A stretch of 52,045 nucleotides of DNA from the NCBI GenBank assembly GCA_028864905.1, contig JAGWLP010000003.1, positions 1-52,045 of the forward strand, read 5' to 3'. Positions 40,531 to 48,726 of this stretch are shown piece after piece. The translations under genes were made by a program, and so were the position numbers. Numbering within the stretch: position 1 is the first letter of the stretch; every line of letters starts with the position of its first letter. The notes under the pieces are model-generated. The model made no database searches. It saw only the letters and a list, made by a program, of their open reading frames with translations, and had not been told where the DNA came from. Source of the stretch: Gammaproteobacteria bacterium (GTDB lineage Bacteria > Pseudomonadota > Gammaproteobacteria > Natronospirales > REEB76).

Positions 40531-42885
40531 ATGGAGGGGGCAAACTGGATGCTACCCAGATGGTTTAAGCCGAAACCGGATAACGTCGGGCAGTACGCGG
40601 CCGGGCTGGTCGAGCAGAGCACCGACGGCGTATATGTGCGCGAGAGATCCGGCCGCATCCTGTATGCGAATGCAGCACTGTGCAAACTCAGCGGGTATAC
40701 GCGCGCAGAGTTGACCCGTATGCACGTGCGCGAGTTGTATGCTATTCCGGAGACGGAATTCCAGCGCCTTTTCGAAATCTCCAACAGTACCTTCCTGATT
40801 CGCGGCGAGCGGCAGCTGAAGTGCAAGGATGACCGCATGCTGCCAGTTGAAGTCAGGGCGCGGCCTTTTGGCGGTGACCAAATCAGCGCGGTGATACATG
40901 ACCTCAGCGAGCCCACGGAATTGGAAACCCAGCGGCGTCGCTCCGAGAACTTGTTTATCGTCATGGAAAGCGAGATTAACGATGTGCTGTTCAGTTTGGC
41001 GGTGGAACCGGGAGAACAGTATCGCTTTCAATTCGTTAACGCGGCCTTTTACCGTGCGACCGGCCTGGAGCCCAACGAAGTAATCGGCCGGCCTGTGCAA
41101 GCGGTCATTCCCGAGCCATCACTCAGCCAGGTTCTGATGCATTACCGCCAAGCCATCAGCGAGAAGCGCGCAGTGCGCTGGGATGAAATGTCCGAGTATC
41201 CCACGGGCATCAAGTATGGAGAGGTCGCGGTGACACCGGTATTCAGCTCCCAAGGCGTGTGCACAGAACTCGTGGGCCGGGTGCACGACATTACCGAACG
41301 CAAGCAGCACGAGCTGACGCTGGAACGACAGAAGAATCTGTATGCCATGCTGTCGCAGACCAATCAGGCGATCGTCCACCTGCATGATCGCGACGAACTA
41401 TTCCAAGCGGTATGCCGCACTGCCGTGCAGCATGGCCATCTGCAATTCGCCGCAGTCGCTCTATTAGATAGAAGTAACCGGCAATTGCGCGTAGCCGCCT
41501 TGTATGGATTGGACTCCGGTTACCTGCAGCTCGCACGGATTTATGCTGACCCGTCCGACACCCGCGGGCTTGGTCCACTGGGCGAAGCAGTGGTCAAAGA
41601 TCAACTGGTGATCAGCAACGATTTCTTGAACGACCCGCGTACCCGGGCACGTTGGCAGCTCGCACGTCAGACCGGAATTCGCGCTTGCGCCGCGTTCCCG
41701 ATTCACGAGGCCGGACAAATAATCGGGGCTCTTGGCCTGTACTCCAACGTGTCAGGTTATTTTGGCGAGGACGTGCTGCCGACGCTGAATGAAATGGCGG
41801 GAGACGTGTCCTTCGCCCTCGACAGTTACATACGCGAAGCTGAACACGCACGCCTGACATTGGAGAGAGATCAGGTATTCGCGCGCGTCGCGGACGGTTT
41901 TCTTGCGGTCGATCGCGACTGGAACCTTACCTATGTGAATACGGCAGCCGGCAAGATATTGAGTGGTGACCCGAAGGACTTGATCGGCAAGAATTTCTGG
42001 AGCCTGGTTCCGCAGGAAATCGGAAAGCAGCTCCGGCAGGCCTTCCAGATTTCCATGGTCCTGCAGCAGCCGGCGTCGCTGGAAGAATATTTTGATCCTT
42101 GGGGAAGCTGGTATGTCGTGAATACCTACCCTTCCCAGAGCGGGCTGACCGTGTATTTCCAGGATATCACTGCGCGCAAAAGCCTGCAGAAACAAGAGGA
42201 TGCCCACCGAGCGGAGATCGGGCGCATTTCGCAGCGATTGCTCGAGGCCCAGGAATCGGAGCGGCGCAACCTGGCACGTGAGTTGCATGACGAAGTCGGA
42301 CAATGCTTGAGCGTCATCAACATGAAACTGCGGGAGGCGGATGCGCTGACCACTGACGCGCCTGTTAAGCATCTGCATCAGGAAGCCTTGACCATCGTGA
42401 CCGAGCTGGATGAACAGATCGGACAAATGTCGCTAGACCTGCACCCCTCGGTGCTTGATGACCTGGGACTGTCGGCGGCGTTCCAGTGGTGCATTCGCAC
42501 TCGTTTGGGAAGCGGCGGCCATAAGGTCCACCTGGATATTGCGCCCCGGTTGCCACGGTTTTCCGAAAGCGCAGAGAGAACAGTCTTCCGGGTGTTTCAG
42601 GAGAGCGTAACCAACGCTTTGAAATACGCTGAGGCGACCCAAATCAATGTGAGGCTGGCCAGAGAGGAAGATGGCAAGTTGTCGTTGTCGGTCTCTGACA
42701 ACGGTTGCGGCTTTGATGTTGCTGCGGCCGTACAGGCTGCGCGAAACGGCAAGAGCCTCGGACTGGTAGGCATGCAGGAGCGCGCCCAGTTTTTGGGCGG
42801 GGAAGTTTCTATACATTCAGAGCCGGGCCATGGAACCACGGTGCAACTCGAATTGCCGAGCCAACCGCGGCCGACATCTGGGTAG
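40531..42885 (+). CDS. Cytoplasmic sensor histidine kinase (PAS-PAS-GAF-PAS-HisKA_3-HATPase)
   Basis: No TM segment; PAS motifs, GAF region, ERRNLARELHDEVGQ, NALKYA, DNGCGF and GLVGMQER; start 40531 or 40549. Confidence 0.9.
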   Translation: MEGANWMLPRWFKPKPDNVGQYAAGLVEQSTDGVYVRERSGRILYANAALCKLSGYTRAELTRMHVRELYAIPETEFQRLFEISNSTFLIRGERQLKCKDDRMLPVEVRARPFGGDQISAVIHDLSEPTELETQRRRSENLFIVMESEINDVLFSLAVEPGEQYRFQFVNAAFYRATGLEPNEVIGRPVQAVIPEPSLSQVLMHYRQAISEKRAVRWDEMSEYPTGIKYGEVAVTPVFSSQGVCTELVGRVHDITERKQHELTLERQKNLYAMLSQTNQAIVHLHDRDELFQAVCRTAVQHGHLQFAAVALLDRSNRQLRVAALYGLDSGYLQLARIYADPSDTRGLGPLGEAVVKDQLVISNDFLNDPRTRARWQLARQTGIRACAAFPIHEAGQIIGALGLYSNVSGYFGEDVLPTLNEMAGDVSFALDSYIREAEHARLTLERDQVFARVADGFLAVDRDWNLTYVNTAAGKILSGDPKDLIGKNFWSLVPQEIGKQLRQAFQISMVLQQPASLEEYFDPWGSWYVVNTYPSQSGLTVYFQDITARKSLQKQEDAHRAEIGRISQRLLEAQESERRNLARELHDEVGQCLSVINMKLREADALTTDAPVKHLHQEALTIVTELDEQIGQMSLDLHPSVLDDLGLSAAFQWCIRTRLGSGGHKVHLDIAPRLPRFSESAERTVFRVFQESVTNALKYAEATQINVRLAREEDGKLSLSVSDNGCGFDVAAAVQAARNGKSLGLVGMQERAQFLGGEVSIHSEPGHGTTVQLELPSQPRPTSG

Positions 42886-42958
42886 TGCGATGCTCGAGTT
42901 CAAACCGCTGACGCAGTGCACGACCTGCGCCCGCTGAACGGCCGGCAGCGAGGATGAT

Positions 42959-43966
42959 TCAATTTTCCGATTTCAGCTCGCGTGCCATCAGCGCTTCGAC
43001 GGCCACGCGCGGCGGCAGGTGCTCGTGCAACACGCGGTACACCTGTTCGGTGATGGGCATGTCCACATTCAGGTGTTTGGCGAGCTTGTGCGTGGCCGCG
43101 GCCGCGGCCACACCTTCGACCACCTGACCGATTTCGGCCTCGGCGGATTGCCGGTCCAGCCCGCCGGCAAGTCTCAGGCCCAGGCGCCGGTTGCGCGACT
43201 GATCGTCGGTGCAGGTCAGCACCAGATCCCCCAGGCCGCTGAGCCCCTGAAAGGTCTCGGCGCGCGCGCCGAGTTTCAGGCCCAGCCGCGAGATTTCCGC
43301 CAGGCCGCGGGTAATCAAGGCAGCCCGCGCGTTGGCGCCGAACTTGAGCCCGTCGCTGATGCCGCAGGCAATGGCGCTGACATTCTTCACCGCACCGCCG
43401 ACCTCCACGCCGACAATGTCGCCGGCGGTATACACACGAAAACTTCTGCTGTGCAATGCTTCCGCCAGGTCCTGCGCAAAGCGCGCATCGTGCGACGCGA
43501 CAGTGACCGCGGTCGGCAGGCCCGCCGCCACTTCGCGCGCAAAGCTCGGGCCCGAAAGCGCCGCGAGCGGCGTGTCTTTGCCGAACAGCTCCGCTGCCAC
43601 CTGGTGCAGCAACTGACCGCTGTCGGGTTCAAAACCCTTGGTGGCCCATGCAAGCCGCAGGTTTTTGGGTTTGTGCGCGGCGAGGTGCTTGAGCGTGGCG
43701 CGGAACCCCTGGCTCGGGACTACCACCAGCACATCGTGCACGCTTGCGGCCAGGGCGCCGAGATCGGTTTCGACGCGCAGCGCGTCCGGGAACGCGAAGC
43801 CGGGCAGGAAACGCCGGTTGGCGCGCTCCGCGATTAGCGGCTTGAGTTCTTCCGGGAACGGCGACCACAGACGCACGGCGCGTGCGTTGCGCGCGAGCAG
43901 AATCGCGAGTGCGGTGCCCCAGGAACCGGCGCCAAGAATGCCGATGGGCGTGGCATCGCTCACCAC
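42959..43966 (-). CDS. gpsA: NAD(P)H-dependent glycerol-3-phosphate dehydrogenase
   Basis: GAGSWGTALA, TKG, SGPSFA, GAVKNV and GDLVLTCTDDQSRN. Confidence 0.97.
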   Translation of the reverse strand: MVSDATPIGILGAGSWGTALAILLARNARAVRLWSPFPEELKPLIAERANRRFLPGFAFPDALRVETDLGALAASVHDVLVVVPSQGFRATLKHLAAHKPKNLRLAWATKGFEPDSGQLLHQVAAELFGKDTPLAALSGPSFAREVAAGLPTAVTVASHDARFAQDLAEALHSRSFRVYTAGDIVGVEVGGAVKNVSAIACGISDGLKFGANARAALITRGLAEISRLGLKLGARAETFQGLSGLGDLVLTCTDDQSRNRRLGLRLAGGLDRQSAEAEIGQVVEGVAAAAATHKLAKHLNVDMPITEQVYRVLHEHLPPRVAVEALMARELKSEN

Positions 43967-43973
43967 GCGGCCC

Positions 43974-44489
43974 TCAGCCGGGGCCGTCCGCCGCGGATGT
44001 GGGCGCAGCGGCTGGCGAAGCGCCGGCCTGACTGAGACTTTGCATGTACACCAGATCGAAATTCACCGGCTGCAGCAACAGCGCGGGCATGCTGCCTTTT
44101 TGCACCAGATCGGAGACCGCTTCGCGTGCGTACGGGAACAGGATATTGGGGCAGTAGCTGCCGAGGATGGCGCCCAACTCCTGATCGTTGAAACCATGGA
44201 TGCTGAACAGCCCGGCCTGGTGTACTTCCACCAGGAACACGCTGCGGCTTTCGGCCTGCGCCTCGATGGTGATGGTGAGCACCACCTCGAAACTGTCGTC
44301 GCCGAGCTTGTTGGTGTCGGCACGCATGTTGACCTTGACCTCGGGGTTGAGCGGGGCGCTGAACACCGCCGGAGCCCGGGGCGATTCAAACGAGCAATCC
44401 TTCATGTAGATGCGCTGCAGCACCACATGCTGGGCAGCGTCCTGGCCGTTGCCGGAGGCGACAGGTTGGGATTCGGTATTTTCGGACAT
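43974..44489 (-). CDS. secB: Protein-export chaperone SecB
   Basis: QRIYMKDCSFESP, QAGLF, CPNILFPYARE and PVNFD. Confidence 0.97.
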   Translation of the reverse strand: MSENTESQPVASGNGQDAAQHVVLQRIYMKDCSFESPRAPAVFSAPLNPEVKVNMRADTNKLGDDSFEVVLTITIEAQAESRSVFLVEVHQAGLFSIHGFNDQELGAILGSYCPNILFPYAREAVSDLVQKGSMPALLLQPVNFDLVYMQSLSQAGASPAAAPTSAADGPG

Positions 44490-44524
44490 GCGGATTCCTT
44501 TGTTATATACGGGATTGCGAAGTT

Positions 44525-44782
44525 TCAGTCGGCCAGCAGACGATCCAGACCGCCACGACGCTCAAGCGCGTACAGTTCGTCGAAGCCGCCAACATGCCGG
44601 TCGCCGATGAAAATCTGCGGCACGCTGCGCCGCCCGCCGCTTTTCTGCTGCATTTCGACGCGACGGGCCGGTTCCTGGTCCACCAGATATTCGGTATACG
44701 CGATGTGCTTGGATTGCAGCAGCGCCTTGGCGCGCATGCAGTACGGGCAAACGCGCGTGCTGTATACGGTCACCGCTTGCAT
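44525..44782 (-). CDS. grxC: Glutaredoxin 3
   Basis: CPYC, SVPQIFI and GGFD. Confidence 0.95.
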   Translation of the reverse strand: MQAVTVYSTRVCPYCMRAKALLQSKHIAYTEYLVDQEPARRVEMQQKSGGRRSVPQIFIGDRHVGGFDELYALERRGGLDRLLAD

Positions 44783-44786
44783 GCGC

Positions 44787-45218
44787 TCAACTCCGCTCGC
44801 CGCGTTCCAGCGGCAGGTGTTCGCTTTGCCAGGCCTTGATGCCGCCCTTCAGGGTGTGCACCGCCTTGAAACCGCGTTTGATGAGTGTGGCGGCGGCTTT
44901 CTGGCTGGTTTGGCCGCTGTCGCAGCAGACGATTACAGGTTGCTCCTTGAATTTGTCCAGTTCCGCGATGCGCGTGTCCAGCTCCGCCACCGGAATGTTG
45001 CGCGCCCCGATTACGTGGCCGCCGCCGAATTCCGTGTGTGGACGGATATCCAGCACCGCCGCACCCTTGTTGATGAGCAGCACGCTCTCCGCCGGGCGCA
45101 GCTCGCGATACTTGCGCAGGCGCCGCAGCAACTCATCGCCGATGAACAGCAGGATGATGATGACGGCTGCGGCGATGAGATAGGGGTGATGGCGGATGAA
45201 TTCAAGCAGGCGCGGCAT
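44787..45218 (-). CDS. Rhodanese-like membrane protein (YibN-like)
   Basis: N-terminal TM, DIR, GHVIGA, LKGGIKAW; precedes grxC-secB. Confidence 0.9.
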   Translation of the reverse strand: MPRLLEFIRHHPYLIAAAVIIILLFIGDELLRRLRKYRELRPAESVLLINKGAAVLDIRPHTEFGGGHVIGARNIPVAELDTRIAELDKFKEQPVIVCCDSGQTSQKAAATLIKRGFKAVHTLKGGIKAWQSEHLPLERGERS

Positions 45219-45326
45219 GCACGAATCTGGGCAGCAAACGGGCGCGTAGTATAGCAGCCGACCTGCAAGCCTTTGAGCGGCCGGAAGAATCTCCTAGAAT
45301 CTACGCACCTCCGCCGGAATCGAGAA

Positions 45327-46514
45327 ATGCCCGCCTCCCCGCCGCCGGCTTCACCGCGTGCTTTTTGGTTGCTGCTCAGCGCATTGCTGCTGATGGGTAC
45401 GGTCCAGGCCGCCGGCAATGACCAGACCGCCGCCCAGCAAGCACAGCTCCAGCAACTGCGCGCGCGCATCGCGGGCGTGCAGGCCAAGCTGGATCACGAG
45501 GTCCGCAAGCGTGGTCAGGTGCAGGGGCAGTTGCGCGCCACAGAAAACCGGATTGCGCAACTCAGCGCCGGCCTACGGCGCCTGGATGATTCCGTGGCAC
45601 GCGCGCAGGCGCGGCTCGACAGCCTGCAGCGCCAGCAACAACAGCAACAGAAACGGCTGGATCAGCAAAAGCAGGCGTTGGCGGCGCAGTTGCGCGCAGC
45701 GTACATGCGGGGCCAGGACTCGCAACTGAAATTGCTGCTGAATGCCGAGGATCCGGCCAGCATCGAACGGCTGCTGGCGTATTTCCAGTATTTCAACCAG
45801 GCCCGCGCGCAGCGCATCCAGGCGGTGCACGCGCAACTTGCGACACTCGCAGACATCAACGCGCAAGTGCGACAGCAGCTTCAGCAGCTCACGGGGTTGC
45901 GCACGCAGCGCGCCGCGGCGCTGGCACAGGTGAAACAGGAGCGCAGTACGCGGCACCAAACGCTAGCCGCGCTGAATGCCAGCATCCACAGCCGCAGCCA
46001 GCGGCTTGTGCGCATGCGTGAGGACGAACGTTCACTGCAGGACTTGATCACGAACCTGCAGCAGACACTGGCTGACATTCCCGCCGATCTTGAAGGCCAT
46101 CACCGCTTTGCAAGCCTGCGCGGGCGGCTGCCCTGGCCGGTAAACGGCAAGCTCATCCAGGATTTTGGCGCGCCGATTGCCGGCGGCCGGTTGCGCGCGC
46201 AGGGCGACCTGATTGTCGCACCCATGGGCACGCCGGTGCACGCGGTCGCCTATGGGCGCGTGGTGTTTGCCGACTGGTTGCCGCATTTCGGCCTGCTGGT
46301 GATCGTGGATCATGGCGACGGATATCTCAGCATCTATGCGCACAATCAGAGCGTATACGTGCAGGTCGGGGACTGGGTGAACATGGGGGAGACCGTGGCG
46401 ACGCTCGGCGACAGCGGCGGCCAGAACCAGCCGGCGTTGTATTTCGAAATCCGTCACCGCAATGTTGCGCTCAGTCCGCGCGACTGGTGTCACGGCCGTC
46501 TGCCGCGCGGCTGA
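45327..46514 (+). CDS. envC: Murein hydrolase activator EnvC (coiled coil + M23/LytM)
   Basis: Signal/TM segment, long coiled coil, LPWPVNG, IVDHG, IYAHN and LYFEIR. Confidence 0.9.
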   Translation: MPASPPPASPRAFWLLLSALLLMGTVQAAGNDQTAAQQAQLQQLRARIAGVQAKLDHEVRKRGQVQGQLRATENRIAQLSAGLRRLDDSVARAQARLDSLQRQQQQQQKRLDQQKQALAAQLRAAYMRGQDSQLKLLLNAEDPASIERLLAYFQYFNQARAQRIQAVHAQLATLADINAQVRQQLQQLTGLRTQRAAALAQVKQERSTRHQTLAALNASIHSRSQRLVRMREDERSLQDLITNLQQTLADIPADLEGHHRFASLRGRLPWPVNGKLIQDFGAPIAGGRLRAQGDLIVAPMGTPVHAVAYGRVVFADWLPHFGLLVIVDHGDGYLSIYAHNQSVYVQVGDWVNMGETVATLGDSGGQNQPALYFEIRHRNVALSPRDWCHGRLPRG

Positions 46515-46582
46515 AGCACGCCGCACGCGTCATGCTATCTTGATTGCGTTTCCCCGCAGGCTGTAACGGCCGGAGATTTCCC

Positions 46583-47890
46583 ATGTTGGTGCATTTTCCA
46601 AAGTCCGGGCTTGGTGCCGCAGGCCTGGTCATGGCGCTGGCATTGGGCGCCGTACTCCCCGCATTTGCCGCAACACCCAGCGCCGCGCCTGCGGCCGCGA
46701 CCGCGCTGCCATGGCAACAGGTCAAACTGCTCGCGGATGTGATGCAACTCGTGAAACAGGATTACGTCGCGCCCGTGGATGACACCACACTTATCGACAA
46801 CGCCATCCGCGGCATGCTCGCCGGCCTGGACCCGCATTCCGCCTATCTCGACAAGGGTGATTTCCAGCAACTGCAAATCATCACCACCGACCGGTTCGGC
46901 GGCCTGGGCCTGGAAGTCACCCAGCAGGACGGGGCGGTGACGGTGGTGTCGCCGATTGACGGTACGCCCGCGGCCAAGGCCGGCATGCAGAGCGGCGATG
47001 TGATCGTACGCGTCAACAATACCGCGCTCGACGGCATGACGCTCGATGAGGCGGTGGCGCTGATGCGCGGGAAACCCGGGACTACGGTCACGCTGCTGGT
47101 GTTGCGCCGCGGCGCAACCAAGCCGCTCAGCTTCACGCTCACGCGCGCCGAAGTGCATCTCACGAGCGTACGCAGCCGTCTGCTGCAACCGGGCTACGGT
47201 TACCTGCGCATCAGCCAGTTCAGCGAGGACACCACCGACGGCGTGCGCGACGCGCTTCAGGCGCTGGTCCAACAGAACCACGGCGCCTTGAAGGGTCTGG
47301 TGCTGGACCTGCGCAACAATCCCGGCGGCCTGCTGGATGCGGCGGTGGACGTGTCCGACGATTTCTTGAACAGCGGCGTGATCGTCTCGGCACGCGGGCG
47401 TGCGCCGGATTCCAATTTCGTGCGCCGGGCCACGCCCGGTGACATTCTCAACGGCGCACCCATGGTGGTGCTGGTGAACGCGGGCACCGCCTCGGCCGCC
47501 GAGATCACGGCCGGTGCGCTCCAGGACGATCACCGCGCGCTGATTCTCGGCACCCGGACTTTCGGCAAGGGCTCGGTGCAGACCGTGATTCCGCTGCCCG
47601 AGGGCGGCGCGCTCAAGCTCACCACTTCGCTGTATTACACGCCCTCGGGCCGTTCGATCCAGGCCGAGGGCATCACCCCCGACCTCGTGGTACCGGAATT
47701 CAAGCTGAGTGTGCCGGCTGCCGCCGAGAACCTCACCGAAGCCAATCTCGAAGGCCATTTCACCAACAACGCGCCTACGCCGGAAGCGTCGGGCAACTTG
47801 CGTGCCGACGCGCAGTTAGCCCAACAGGATTTCCAGCTCTACGAGGCCCTCAATGTGCTCAAGGGCCTGACCATCGCCGGCGCCAACTGA
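46583..47890 (+). CDS. ctpA: Carboxy-terminal processing protease, S41A family (CtpA-like)
   Basis: LDPHS, PDZ GGLGL, DLRNNPGG, TASAAE and TFGKGSVQ; SD GGAG. Confidence 0.93.
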   Translation: MLVHFPKSGLGAAGLVMALALGAVLPAFAATPSAAPAAATALPWQQVKLLADVMQLVKQDYVAPVDDTTLIDNAIRGMLAGLDPHSAYLDKGDFQQLQIITTDRFGGLGLEVTQQDGAVTVVSPIDGTPAAKAGMQSGDVIVRVNNTALDGMTLDEAVALMRGKPGTTVTLLVLRRGATKPLSFTLTRAEVHLTSVRSRLLQPGYGYLRISQFSEDTTDGVRDALQALVQQNHGALKGLVLDLRNNPGGLLDAAVDVSDDFLNSGVIVSARGRAPDSNFVRRATPGDILNGAPMVVLVNAGTASAAEITAGALQDDHRALILGTRTFGKGSVQTVIPLPEGGALKLTTSLYYTPSGRSIQAEGITPDLVVPEFKLSVPAAAENLTEANLEGHFTNNAPTPEASGNLRADAQLAQQDFQLYEALNVLKGLTIAGAN

Positions 47891-47891
47891 C

Positions 47892-48686
47892 ATGCGGCCA
47901 GCCGCGTTTTGGCCGCTGGCAGTTCTGGCAGCGGTCGCTCCCGTGTGGACCAACGCCGCACCGGTCGTGCATCCGGTGATCGCCGTCATCATTGACGATC
48001 TCGGCAACAGCCCGAGCGAGGGTTTGCGCGCCGTGCAGCTGCCGGGACCGGTGGCGTGTGCGATTCTGCCGCACACACCCTACGCCGTGATGCTGGCCGA
48101 TGCCTGCCACGCGCGCGGGAAAGAGGTGCTGCTGCATTTGCCGATGCAGGGGCTGGATGACGCGCCGCTCGGACCCGGCGGCATCTCGCTGCCCATGACG
48201 GAAACGCAAATCCAGAACACCGTGCGTGGCGATTTGCAGTCCATTCCGTATGTAGCCGGTGTCAACAATCACGAGGGCAGTCTGATCAGCATGCATCCCG
48301 GTGATCTCGCCTGGATCATGCAAACGCTGCATGCCCGCGGCGGGCTGTACTTCGTGGACAGTTACACCACCGCGGACAGCATTGCCTACCAGATCGCACG
48401 CGAGCACGGCATCCCGGCGGCGCGCCGCGACGTGTTCCTCGACGACGTCAACACCGAAGCCGCTGTGCGTCTCCAGTTCAACCGCTTGCTCGATGTCGCG
48501 CGCCACAAAGGCTTTGCACTTGCCATTGGCCATCCGCGACCGGCCACGCTCACGGTGCTGGATGCGAATCTGCCACAGCTGCCGGCGCAGGGCGTTGAGC
48601 TCGTACCGGTTTCAGCCATCGTCAAATTGCAGCAACGACATCCGATTCCGTGGCCGCAATCTTTGTATCCGTTACCGCGCCATTGA
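47892..48686 (+). CDS. Divergent polysaccharide deacetylase (YibQ-like)
   Basis: IIDDLG, HLPM, NNHEGS, FVDSYT, DVFLD and AIGHP. Confidence 0.92.
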   Translation: MRPAAFWPLAVLAAVAPVWTNAAPVVHPVIAVIIDDLGNSPSEGLRAVQLPGPVACAILPHTPYAVMLADACHARGKEVLLHLPMQGLDDAPLGPGGISLPMTETQIQNTVRGDLQSIPYVAGVNNHEGSLISMHPGDLAWIMQTLHARGGLYFVDSYTTADSIAYQIAREHGIPAARRDVFLDDVNTEAAVRLQFNRLLDVARHKGFALAIGHPRPATLTVLDANLPQLPAQGVELVPVSAIVKLQQRHPIPWPQSLYPLPRH

Positions 48687-48711
48687 AGTGCGCGGTTGTG
48701 CAACGGTGCTC

Positions 48712-48720
48712 TGCTAAAAT
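48712..48720 (+). promoter_or_regulatory. Extended -10 element before uvrD
   Basis: TGCTAAAAT, followed after 6 nt by the uvrD ATG. Confidence 0.5.
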
Positions 48721-48726
48721 CGTCGC

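Noticed and set aside
45626-45650. CAG/CAA run encoding poly-Gln in envC
   Set aside because: Mixed codons within a coiled coil; not a phase-variable repeat.
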